The notes beneath the pieces were generated by a model that was not told where the DNA came from, made no database searches, and saw only the letters and a program-made list of their open reading frames with translations. The translations under genes were made by a program, and so were the position numbers. Below, one piece after another: positions 34,730-46,811 of a stretch of DNA of 64,000 bases. Numbering within the stretch: position 1 is the stretch's first letter; every line of letters begins with the position of its first letter. The DNA is from Asterias rubens (lineage: Eukaryota), in the NCBI RefSeq assembly GCF_902459465.1, contig NW_022985700.1, positions 1 through 64,000 on the forward strand. The letters are read 5' to 3'.

Positions 34730-36894
34730 AGTGACTGCTTGCATGAACACGAAATTAGATTTCACACACAAGTGCAGGCCTGTATGCTTCGCTTTTCAAA
34801 GGGCAGGGGCAACAAGGAATTTTCTCATTGGTAAAGGGCACCCTATGAGGAAATTGTACATTTCTACTGGAGCATTTCAAGGGCACCAAGGCAATTACCA
34901 GGGGCCATCGAGGCAACTGCCGTTGTTGCCTCGGTGAATATCAGGACTGCAAATGGAGTTTTGAACACCTCTGATTCCCACGAACCCCTGTCCAATCTTC
35001 ATACTTAACTTTCATGTTAAACTTTTATTCAACCTCAATTTGCAAATATTATACCTATGTCGTTAACTCGTATCCATACGCCACAAGGTGACCTTTTTTA
35101 CTTCAGCTATGTTGGGCCTGTAACATTTTCAGGTTGATTTAATAAGTTTAGCTCAAGTATCATGTTAACCAGTATGTTTTATCAATTTAATAACAAGGCC
35201 ACTGAGTGAAATAACACTTCGCCACATCCGTGACAACCAAGTGATGAAGTTAGTCTGTAAATCGGTTAACCATCAGTGATAACTTGTCATAATTTTAAGA
35301 ATAACACAATATAAGAGATGGGCCTAAGTGAGACAGAGCATTGCTAAGCCTTTCACCGAAAGGACTGTGTTTAAATATCAAGAAAAGTGTTTTAGTTTAA
35401 GGAAAATAAGTATTGTTACATGTAAGTAAGACTTAAACATAATGAGTCTATAGAGAAGTAGTAAATGTAACAAAGCTTCCGGTACACTGCTACCCCAAAC
35501 ACTACTTTTTTTGTAAACTTCGTTTTGGTGTTAAATATTTTAACTTGATACACTGTTCCTTAATACTATATATCGCGAGCGCACAGCCTGTTGGCAAGTA
35601 AGCTTTCTGTAGCATTATTATCACGAGGTGTTACTCAAACAATACTTTTTAGTGACCTTTACATTTTGTATGATTTTATAAAATAGCCGAGCTTGATACG
35701 TCTGGAGATCCTGAAGACAATATATTTTGTGAGCAGCGCAACAGTGCACAAAGAGCACAAGCTATCGACTCTTTTGCCGGTAATTTTTCGAAAAGACCCT
35801 TTTAGAACTCATCTGTATAATTCATCTTTATCATGATCGTGTCGTGGCCGAGCGTTCAGACAATCCCGGCTTGTAGTTCACCTGACCCAGAGCAGAGTGT
35901 GGGTTCGAACCCCGGTAATGACACTAGAGCAAGGCACTTCAACGTAGCTGCTCCGTGAAAAGTTGAGAAGGCAGTGTATGATTCTGCTCTACAAGCCAGG
36001 ATCCTACCCATGCCAACATCCTAGGGACTTTGACGGGGGTAACCCACTTTTACCCTCATGCATGTGCCAACAAGGCCCCATGACAGTTGATTTGGGTCTA
36101 CAGCCCAACTCAGCTAAGTATGCCCCCACCTTGAAGTGGCCGCCCGGCTTTGTGGTAATAGGAGATATCACATATACAATTTTTGCTTATTTATGTTGTT
36201 AAACATGGAATTATATATTAAAACTATTGTGTCAGAAGGGGAATATTTACCGGTATTGGATTTGTAAAACTCAAACATAGTTTAGCGTACAACGGCACTC
36301 ATTTTGAAATATTGAGTTGATTTTGCAGGAAGGACAAACGTGCTATCCATTGAAAATATCATTAACAGTTGTAATTTTAAGATTTCCTTGTATACTTGGT
36401 CATTCCCTTCCCCTAGTACCAACGGGAGTCTGCGCAGAGACAAAATGGGTCGCCATGAAACGAACGCGAAAGTAAACATCCACATTGTAAGTTTCTGATT
36501 ATTGATTGCAGGTTATAAATACTAATCTTGAAGATGCAACTCAAGTCCAAAGTAACAGTTACCGTTAGTCATTCCTATATGGCGCCCCTGTTTCCACTGA
36601 TTGCTTCGCAACAACAACTCCATCCATCACTGGGGTTAAGTCAAACTTGTCACACTGACTTTGACATATTATTGTCGTCACTTGAGAGTGTGTAACACAG
36701 ATTGGTCATGAAATATTCACGTTAAGGGTGGAAATGTACACGTAACCAAGACTACTTGCACGCAATCGAAGCTTTGTAAGAGGCTTTGTGTGTGCATCTT
36801 TATGTTCATTCTATAGATATGCTTCCTTTTCCATTTAAAATATTACATTTATGTTTTACTGAGGACCTCCACAATTCCTTAGATTCCCCTGTCT

Positions 36895-37195
36895 TTTAAT
36901 ATAATAATAATAATAATATCGAAGTCTTATATAGCGCACGTATCTACCAAACAAGGTACTCAAAGCGCTGAGTATATACAAAGTTTCAGAAAGACATGTT
37001 ATTGCAGTGATGAATTCTGAGACCCAATTATTTAGCACCTTATAAGGGTTTACAAGGTGCTACGGCGCATACAGCAGCCACATCCAGGTACACCGGGGCG
37101 AACCCCTTCTCTTTTCGATAAGTGCACTGGGTTCTTTTACATGCGTTACACAACACATGGAACCAACGGCTTTACGTCCCATCCGAAGGACGTAG
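36895..37195 (-). mobile_element. Deu-domain SINE, 5'-truncated
   Basis: Minus strand cgtccttcggatgggacgtaaagccg...taaaagaacccagtgcacttatcgaaaagagaaggggttcgccccggtg resembles the remembered Deu-domain consensus (CGTCCTTCGGATGAGACGTAAAACCG...); L2-like (ATT)n tail. Confidence 0.65.
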
Positions 37196-39103
37196 TTTAT
37201 TTGTTTTTCCCCGCTTGCTGTAACAATTCTGTGGAGATTGTCTAAACTTAAAAATTAGGAAGACAAACTTGTTCCTCTATTTGAATTGACTTTTGTGAGG
37301 TAACTCAATATTTTACTAAAAATGTATATGTAAACTAACCATATTCTTAATCATCCCCGATGCAAATTTAACATCTATTAAACTAACCACATCAAACATT
37401 ACACTTGTTACGTACGTGAAGGGATTCTTTCATAAATGAAGCTTTAAAAATGTGCTATGATTATTTAATAAATAGTTCAACAGCCTCAAATGGATTGCAC
37501 ACGACACGCAATTTCAATTTCATCATCATTAAATATTTAACTGTCACGCCCTCTGTGCGTGCCTTGATAATAATAATAATAATTAAAATAAAATAAAAAT
37601 GCTGCATCAGCAATTTCTGATTTCCAATCGATTCAAATGGAATGGGATTACGGGACTAACACAAACAACTTGTCTCGTGATTTTATTATGCCCAAAATAT
37701 AAAGGGCGATGCCCTACTTCGAGAAATAAAAATGCTGCATTAAAAAAAAACCATTTTAATTAAAAAGTTTTCATCTCATGACAAATTTGCCTATCAGAAA
37801 GAGGAAATGATGGGTCAGAATGGTAAACTATTTTCTGCATTTTTCATTTTTTTAATCAGGTTGTTTGTATTCTACCAGCAGTTTATTTGCCACTGGTAAT
37901 TTTCTTACTATTTTAAGCGATAATACTTAAAATTTAAGTTGATACCACTATCGGAGTGCATCTGAATCACGTGCTTTTGGTTTCAATAATGTAGGAGTCG
38001 ATTGCCACTTTAAAATCATCGATTTTTTTTTAACTAATGAAATAGAGGGCAGTATTTGGATTTTAACTTAAAAGTTTTGTGTAATAGATGTTTTGCTGTG
38101 TCATTATTTTGTAAAAGGACATCCAACTACAGAGAACGAATATGGTTAAAGGAAGTTTAGTTAATTTAAAAACACAGAATTTGAGCGAAATTAGTTTTAG
38201 ATTTCTACATTTCGTCGATAAAAACATACTATTAACTGAAACTATGTGCGATATTATGTGCAATGATAACACGGCTATGCAAAACGGTCACGTTATAAAT
38301 TGGGTGGGCTGAACAGCTTATAAATTAATTCGGTGGAAAATGTGGCAAGCACGGATTTGAGTTAGTGTGACGAATTATAAGCTATTTATTATTTTTAGGG
38401 CATAAAAAACAATGTGTAGGTAAATGCATTAAAAATCCAATAAGTAAACTAAATATAATAATACTATTGGTAATTTGAAAATAAAAACAAAATCAGTATG
38501 TGACAAATCCAGCTTTTGTACACGAGAATTAAGGCTCGGTCCCACTAGGTCTGTACCAGAACGTAAATGAAAACCTAAACGAAAACCAAAAAGGGACGTA
38601 TGGTAACCTTCGGGCAATGTAACCTGAATTTTGATTGGTCACCCGATAGTCTTACACCAGGAGCACTGTCTGGAACGTATGCAAATCTTTATTGTCTGAG
38701 ATGAGAGGGGGTTGGATGGGCGACCATGCCCACTAATACTAATCATTAGCTTCGATGGAATAATTTAGCTCATACTAATTAGTAAGCACAAAGGAAACTG
38801 TATTTATTCATCATTAATGATGATATTGTCGAAAACTAACGCCTTCGCATTTAATTAGTATGAGCATTGAGCCAGATAAAAGCCTTGAAAAGCTATTGTG
38901 TCCATTTTATCCTTACAAAAAGATATTCGAGAGCTGATTATTGTTCCCAATGGGAGCTTGTACTTTTATACAAACATTACCAAAAGGGTAAAAAATTGTG
39001 CATAAATATTAAGCTATCTGTTAAAAATTGAACTACGATTCCAGTTGTTTACTGCAAGAATCTTGAAAAATTGGTTTTCAGAAACCCGGGTGGTGCAGTG
39101 AAA

Positions 39104-39600
39104 GTTCTTGCACAAAATGTTTGCAAATACGTATCAAAATCATAAGAGATGTGATAGTTGTGATAGTTTGGATTTATGGAACAACCTTACAGTTTAAATA
39201 GGAACTCAAAGGTCAAATTCAAATTTGTATTCAATACCCTTCCAGTTTTTGTCAAATTTGTCAAAATGTCAAATTCAACGCCGTTTTGATTGCTTAGCGA
39301 CAATTAGGATAAACCAATAATTCCCCATACAAATTGTTCAAACCCAAAATTGAATTTGACCTTGGAGTTCTTCTTTAAGCTGTGTTAGCCTGGAAGTATT
39401 TATTCTGACCTTGCCAATTAATGTAATTTGACCATTCCAGAAGCATTGTAGTTAAAGAAGTTCTTGCACAAATTGTTTGCAATAAAGTATCAAAATCATA
39501 AGAGATGTGACAGTTGTGATAGTTTTGATTTATGGAACAACCTTACAGTTTAAACTGTGTTAGCCTGGAAGTATTTATTCTGACCTTGCCAATTAGGTAG
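39104..39600. repeat. Local tandem duplication, one copy carrying a MITE
   Basis: 39104-39197 matches 39455-39554, and 39380-39422 matches 39555-39595. Confidence 0.8.
39198..39374. mobile_element. 177-bp TTAA-flanked MITE
   Basis: TIR ATAGGAACTCAAAGGTCAAATTCAA / TTGAATTTGACCTTGGAGTTCTTCT; TTAA on both sides; the empty site is present in the neighbouring tandem copy. Confidence 0.8.
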
Positions 39601-39904
39601 ATTTTTTGTAATTTTTTAAATTCACTGAAATTGTTGACTGATTATGAAACATACAGAAAACCCCATTTTGCACATGTGATGTTTTGGATTGTTAATGTTA
39701 TTACCATTAAATTTTTATTAAAAAGTTGTTATCTTGAAATTCATGTTGTAGTCGCCAAGTCTCAGTATTTATGATGTGTCCATTTATTACAGCCCTAAAC
39801 TCCATGAAATAACACTTTGCTAGTATTCAACACAAGCATTGTGTATATTATTACCAGTTTTAAAGGCACACAGTTTACATTAAAAATCGGTAAAATCTAT
39901 ACTT

Positions 39905-40160
39905 CAAAATTAGGTAATTATTTTACATGAGTGGATTTATACCCAGCAATTCAGTAAAAAAAATACCCAATATTGATGTAAAGTTTTACACAACTATGTA
40001 CATTGTAAAGCGGTAAAGTCTTACGTCACAATTAAGTAATATTTTACATGAGTGGGTTTACCCAACAATTCAGTAAAGAAAACTACCCAAGTTTTATGTA
40101 AACTTTTACACAGCTATTAAGCAAGATATTACCCAACGCCTGTTGGGTAAAGTTTTACCT
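39905..40160. repeat. Two to three degenerate ~125-bp tandem units
   Basis: ttttacatgagtgg.ttta..ccca.caattcagtaaa recurs at about 39920 and 40043. Confidence 0.6.
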
Positions 40161-40179
40161 AATAGTTATGGTGTTCGCC

Positions 40180-40506
40180 CACTACATCTAAAACAGGTAA
40201 TATTTTACACAAGTTGTGTAATCTTTCCTCTGTGTGTAGTAAATAATCAAAATGTAAATTAGCATAAAAACTTACTTGGTATACGAGCAACGGAGAGCTG
40301 TTGATATCTGAATTAACGTAGTTTTGGAGAAAGAGGTAATTTCTAACTAAAATAATGACCAATGGTGTTTTTTCTTTCAGCATTTTCTTGCAATTCAATG
40401 ACCAACTGAGTCAAAATTTTCACAGGCTTGTTATTTTATGCATTATGTTGGGATACACCGAGTGAGAATACTGGTCGTTGACAATTACCAAACGTGTTCA
40501 GTGCCT
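40180..40506. mobile_element. Degenerate family A/B MITE
   Basis: agcataaaaacttacttggt...caaacgtgttcagtgcct-TTAA. Confidence 0.65.
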
Positions 40507-41191
40507 TTAACTATTTAGGGATGGACTTATATAGACCACCCCGCCCCCATATTTTATGCTTTGGGTGAATTTTTATTTTTTTTGTTAATTTATTGATTGC
40601 ATTAATTTCTTCATGTGTGTCCCTCGAGTAATGTATACCCCACTTACACCCCAACCCCGCTCAAGTATCTAAGGGCTGAATGCACATTCCGATTTTCTCA
40701 TGGGAGTCAAGGGCCGTTTTAGAAGCAAAACTCGGATGTAAAATCCCCGAGAAATTGACTATTTGAAGTCAATTTAAACATCACTTCTTCGAGAAAACAA
40801 AGCAAGGGTAACTTATGTTTAAGAGGTATGCACGAAACGGAAACAACGGCTAAAGAGACAAAACAAGAACCATCTTCCTTCGCCATTTGTAAATGCGTCT
40901 ACCATGGAGCTATACCACCGGGATTAGGCTATTATTAAGAAAGAAAACTGCATACCGCAGACCCCCCCCCCCCCCCATCTACCCAAATGGGCGGTATGGA
41001 TAGTTCTATCTGCGAGTGAATTATATTATCCAGTGCAAAGTTCACTGTTCATTATTCAGAACTGGGCGTACGCCGAATGGAATAATTAGGTACCCATGTG
41101 ACATGTACAGGCTTATCAAATGCGGCCTACTGCACACTCATGGACGATATTTGTAGGTTTCCTTACGTCCTTTCGTTTACGTTGTGGAACC

Positions 41192-41362
41192 TACTGCAGC
41201 GATAACGAGAACGATAACGATAACGACGCAAAAAAAAACACGCATTCCATTGGTTGAATGAGCGTGTGCGTATTCTGTGTGGAGCAACTCAACCAATAGA
41301 ATGCGTTCTCTTTGCGTAGTCATCGTTATCGTTTTCGTTATCGCTGCAGTGTGACTCGGCCT
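41192..41362. mobile_element. MITE with CGATAA-repeat TIRs, left end clipped
   Basis: actgcagcgataacga...tcgttatcgctgcagt inverted repeats. Confidence 0.65.
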
Positions 41363-42068
41363 TTACACGATTTTCAACAATAAATTAAAGAAGTAAAGTA
41401 TAAAAGTATCTTCCAGGCAAGCGCAATTAAGTTTTTTATGTAAACGTAAATAGTGTCCAAATGTTTACACATTATGTTCCAAGTCAACTTGTTTGGTGTA
41501 ACAAAGCAATTGATATCTTTGCTTTGGTATGTTTATCATGTGTCTCTATCAATCGATTCTGAAGGGATTTAATAAAACAATGTACATCAAAATAAAACTG
41601 TGACTTATTTAACTATTAATTTAAATTCGGACTTTCACCCCCTACCGCGAATTGTTTATTGTCACACCATCCAAGCAAGCAGGTGGCCTTGCTCAGTTTA
41701 GACTGTTTTTTATTTGGGTATAGTTTATGTCAGGTATTAAATGTAAAAAAACACTTCAGTGCCTTCTCTTTGAAATGCCTGTTTGCTCTTCGTATTCACC
41801 ATCCACACGAACCATCGATTCAATCATCACATTTTGGATAATATGTGATCTCACAAGACTTCTTCGCACTTGCTGGGATTGACACGTTGGCTTGCACACT
41901 CAACGACGTGGATAATTGCATTATTAACTTTCACCAATACATGTTTGGAGGAGGGATCAGTCTGCACAATGCAATCGGGAACCGTGGACCATTGGCAATT
42001 AATTAATCTGCTCACAATAAGAACAGAGACCAGTTGTTGAAATTCTACATGAGCAAGGATCACTGCAA

Positions 42069-43124
42069 ATGGAGGCTGTAACAAATGGATCTGGTGGAGT
42101 ATCGTCCTCTGACTGTGTTGTCTCTGGAGATACTCTTTACCAAGTGCTTCGAGCAAGCTACATTGGTATCGACTTCATATTGACTTTATTTGGAAACATA
42201 CTGACAATCATCGTCACGAGAAAAGTTGAGGAGTTCTCGGACAGCACTAAAATATTCATCACATCTTTGGCAGTGGCTGATTTGGGCGTTACGGTCGTCG
42301 CTGCCACATCCTTTACTGCTGAAGTATATGGAAGATGGCCATTCCCTGAATGGATATGCAAAGTTTCCTTTTTAAGTTTTTACATATTCACAGCAGTGTC
42401 TGTGATTATGATTGTTATTATGACTGTGGATCGTTTAGTTGCCGTGGTGAAGCCACTTCGCCATTCCTTGATTCTAACTAAAAGAAGAAGTATCGTAGCA
42501 GCCGTTTGTGTGTGGTTTTGCTGCATTCTTAGCGCTTCTTCCACGACATTTCTCAACACAGTAGAGTACAATGAATGTTCTGCAATCTGTTTGACAAAGG
42601 GAAGGAGTATTGCTCAAACGATCGCATCCGTTATGTTATTTTATATAACGCCTCTGATTTGCATCCTGATCATGAACATACGGTTACTTATGATAGCACG
42701 GCGACACGCACTTCACTTTAGGCGGGTAAGGGTTGCTGCCTCTCTGCCGAACACCGCTGATCAACCGAAACGACCTCCCCCAAGGAATGTCAGAGGAAAA
42801 GCAGTTGGAGTTATTTCTCTTGTGACACTTGCGTTTGCGTTAAGTTGGTCAGTTTACCAGGTGTGTTTGGTACACTCAGCATTTTCCGATGGTAGTCCAT
42901 TTCCAGAGTCAGTGGAGTTCGTCGCTGTGTGGCTTGGATTGACGAACAGTTGGTGGAATGTAATTATTTACTCCATCATGAACAGAAATTTTAGAAACCA
43001 TTTGAAGAGTGTTCTGCTACGGTTGTTCCCGTGGTTTCGAAAGCAAGAGGTGGTAAACTACCGGTACCCAGCAATACCACCTGTAAACAACAACTTAACG
43101 ACAAGACCGGATGACATCGAATGA
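42069..43124 (+). CDS. Single-exon rhodopsin-like (class A) GPCR, tandem paralog of 33734-34729, 351 aa
   Basis: Intact ORF, collinear with the first receptor (about two-thirds identical by eye); same GNILT, LAVADL, DRL, FALSW and NSWWNVIIY motifs; N-terminal NGS sequon. Confidence 0.92.
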   Translation: MEAVTNGSGGVSSSDCVVSGDTLYQVLRASYIGIDFILTLFGNILTIIVTRKVEEFSDSTKIFITSLAVADLGVTVVAATSFTAEVYGRWPFPEWICKVSFLSFYIFTAVSVIMIVIMTVDRLVAVVKPLRHSLILTKRRSIVAAVCVWFCCILSASSTTFLNTVEYNECSAICLTKGRSIAQTIASVMLFYITPLICILIMNIRLLMIARRHALHFRRVRVAASLPNTADQPKRPPPRNVRGKAVGVISLVTLAFALSWSVYQVCLVHSAFSDGSPFPESVEFVAVWLGLTNSWWNVIIYSIMNRNFRNHLKSVLLRLFPWFRKQEVVNYRYPAIPPVNNNLTTRPDDIE

Positions 43125-43304
43125 TATCGAGCAGAGATTTGAGTGGAAGTCATAATCACAACGAGTTTATACAGGCCTACCTCAGAATCACCTCAACCAT
43201 TTTGGAGTCAAACTTTCGAACCATATCTGGGACACCACACCGGCTCTTTTCAGAAAGCCAACACTCACTCAAAAGAGATACTATACACATGATGTTACCC
43301 TTAA

Positions 43305-43605
43305 TGGGAAGATACACGTTTGGTACTTGTCAAAGACCAGTCTTCTCACTTGGTGTATCCAAGAAAATGATGAAAGAAAAACACCCTTAATGGACGAGTT
43401 TGTGTGCTTTCAGATAAAGAATAAAAGACTTCTAGCTAGAAGTCTTTTATTATTTTAGTGAGAAATTACCTCTTTCTCAAAAACTACGTTACTTCAGAGG
43501 GGAGTCGTTTCCCAGAATGTGTTATACTATCAACAGCTCTCCAATGCTCGTTACCAAGTCAGTTTAATAATTGTTTTGGGTAATTACCAAACGTGTACCT
43601 TCCCT
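43305..43605. mobile_element. TTAA MITE, subfamily B
   Basis: TTAA-TGGGAAGATACACGTTTGG...CCAAACGTGTACCTTCCCT-TTAA. Confidence 0.8.
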
Positions 43606-43842
43606 TTAAGTCTACTATTTATATGTATGTTCATGAAAGTGATTTTGTGCGCGTTTCAACAATGAACAGTGTAGCCGTATCGGTAAAACTATACACCATG
43701 ACAGCATTAACTCAAATTCACTAAAATATGGTAATTTAATCAATACAAAGACTATGTCTGCAACGAGTGTTAATTTTATGAGTTGGGACAGTTTTATGTT
43801 ATAACAATTTAACAGTATTTTCCTTCTTGAAACGCCATTGTA

Positions 43843-44710
43843 CCGTGTGTCTACAAAAAGAAAAAACTTTTGAAATGGCTGCCATAAAAAAAAGTATATG
43901 ATTCGGGAGGAAAAGGTTTAGGTGCATGAATAGCTAATGGTCTCAACTTTCACATGACACCCAAAAGTCCGAAAGTAATTGATGATTGGGTGAACACTTT
44001 TGTGAAGGGTTGAAAATTAGGCTGCGCAGGAATTAGCCTTCCCTTTGTGAGAGATAGTCCTTTGTAGCTTACAACATTCAATCCAAGATTTCGGCTACTT
44101 CAGGTCAATGTGTAACCTGAAGAATAAGTAGCCAACATCTGTGACATTCATGTTTTCAACAAGCCGTATTTGAATTATCAATTTACTTAATCCCACCTTA
44201 TCATTAAGAAAAAATAATCAAATGTTCAATTCATCTTTCAATGACTGAAACGTGGGGTGAAGGTTTTTATTCAAAGTCACAGATGTGAAAAACGCAGTTT
44301 GTAACATGGGAGTTGCAACAAGTACCATCACCCCATCCTGACTCCCGTGATCACACCACTGAGTCTACAAGGGGAAGTTTCAATGCTACAAGAACAAAAA
44401 TGCAGTTCCTGTTCACTCATTAAAAAACAAAATTGTTTAATAAACCATTAAATTCACTCAGCAAACCCAAACTGATCGCATTTGATCATGAATTTATCAA
44501 GGAAGGCTAATTCCTGCACAGCCTATTTTCCTACCCTTCACAAAAGTGAGTATAGTGCTCACCCAGGCATTAATTATTTTCCTGACTTTTTGGCGTCATA
44601 TGAAAGTTGAGATCATTAGCTATCCATACACAAAAACATTAAGCTCCAGAATCGTATATTTTTTATTCGGCAGCCATTTCAAAGGTGTATAGTTTTTTTG
44701 AGACACCCGG
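43843..44710. mobile_element. Tc1/mariner-type non-autonomous element with long TIRs
   Basis: TA-CCGTGTGTCT...AGACACCCGG-TA; about 200-bp imperfect inverted arms (for example gcaggaattagccttcc / ggaaggctaattcctgc); no transposase ORF. Confidence 0.75.
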
Positions 44711-46443
44711 TATGTTTTATAAGACAAGTCATGGTTTCTTGTATTAGTAAGTGTGAAAGTTAAACACGCATTGTTCAATCTGACTTGTAAGGAGACAAAC
44801 CAAAGCAATAGCATACAACTGTCATTTGCATTGCAGCCCTTTGCTAACCCCCACCCCCCGTAGTTTAGCTCATACACTAACTGTTTTGCCCTTAAATAAC
44901 AATGTTCAGCAACCTGAAACTTTCGGTATAAATGTGAAGACAAAGGAGTCTTACCGAGAAGAAATTATGCTTGGGCCTACCTGCCATTTTTAGAAAAATA
45001 TTCATTCTGAACTACCGCACATCAACGGTGCTTCAAATATCTAATCCGCATGGGTTTTTATTTATTTGTTGTCTTCATATTATGTTTCACGGCAAGTTTG
45101 ATTAATTCCTTCGTCTCCCAACAACACTGTATTTTCTTGGCAACGAACGCATTAATGTCGGCGATTAAATGTTGACTTTAAACAATTACGTGTACGAATC
45201 GCCGTTGGTATCGAAGACGATATTGTTATTTTTTTGTTATACATCATGCATGAATAAAAGACAACTGTCTCTCTGGACTAGTCAATGTAGAGCAACATCG
45301 TAAAAGGATGTACAATTCTCACGATTGATCGTTAATTCAAGGATAAGTTCGTTGGCTGCTGCAAACAAATAATTAGGTTAATTGAAAATAGCAAACAGGC
45401 TCGTCAAATTTCAACAGGGCCAGTAAAACGCCGATAATAGGCATGACGGGTTGGCCTATACTGTTATAACAGCAATTAGCCATAATTGGTCATAGTTATG
45501 AAGTACCAATAAATAAAGATAATGGACTTCTATATATAGTCAAAAATTAGTTGTTATTTCTTTTACTTTACTGAATATTATATTTATGAAAAATCCATAC
45601 CTGATCAGACTTTTCTTTTCCTTCTTGAATTTTAAGCAGCGGATCTAAAGGAGATGAAAGCTGATATAATAAATGGACATTTTCTGGGTCAAATTCTCCA
45701 AATTTGGGGGTTTGTTCTTGTCCTGGAATTGATGTTTTTTTATTTACATTGGATGCTCATTTTAAGTACAATATGCTACAGTGTTGCCATGCATAAACAG
45801 GGATGGGAGTAATATCTGACACAACAAAACTCTGAAACTGTGATTCAGAGGTTACATTTATTTTAAAATGACGGCTATCCCACCTTGTGATAACAGAGTC
45901 CAAGAAGCTTTTGGGAACAGTATCTTCAGTGCTGGAGAAGTAGATCAAAGAGCATGCGTTATTTTATTTGGAAAAATACAGGGTTTCTATAACTACAATG
46001 TACTATCTCAAACTATTATATTGAAATTCAATCTAATCGACTTGTTAATAGCCACACTGCAGATGATTTCGTCCCGGCCTAGTTCCAAATCGACTAGTGT
46101 GAATTTGAGACTAAAACCTGAAGAGGGTATAGACTTTAAAGTGTCTGAATTCAGAAAAAAGTTTCATCCCTTATTTGAACACATTTTTAAAACAAGCCGT
46201 TCTCACAGGTGTGATGTATTCTGTGATTTCCGAATTGTGTGGTGAGAGTTGATAGGCCTACAATCAGGCCTCAATTTCATAAAGCTTGTAAAAGCACAAA
46301 AACTTGCTAAGCACAGAAATGTTTTGCTTAGCATAAATAGGTTACCATCAAAAATTTCCAGCATAATTTTCTGCTGAACAGCTTAATGAAATTGGGCCAT
46401 GGTTGTTAGATGCCATGTATTTAACAACAATTTGAAACTAACA

Positions 46444-46811
46444 AAGGCACTGTACACGTTTGGTACTTGTCAAAGACCAGTGTGTTCTCACTTGGTGTAT
46501 CCCACCATAAGCATAAAATAACAAGTCTGTGATAATTTGGGCTCAATTGGTCATCGAAGTTGCGAACAAATTATGAAATGAAAAACACTCTTGTTGGACG
46601 AGCTTGTGTGCTTTCAGATAGGAATAAAAGACTTCTTGCTAGAAGTCTTTGATTATTTTAGTGAGAAATTACCTCTCTCAAAATCTACAATACTTCAGAG
46701 GGAGTCGTTTCCAACAATGTTTTATACAATCAACAGCTCTCCAATGCTTCTACAAAGTCCGTTTTTAAGTTCATACTTGTTTTGAGTTATTACCAAACGT
46801 GTTCCTTCCCT
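46444..46811. mobile_element. TTAA MITE, subfamily B
   Basis: Same diagnostic internal text as 43305-43605 (gaataaaagacttct.gctagaagtcttt); ends CCTTCCCT-TTAA. Confidence 0.75.

Noticed and set aside
45757-46245. ORFs of 63 aa (-) and 125 aa (+) in the intergenic region
   Set aside because: No convincing domain; at most decayed retroelement sequence.
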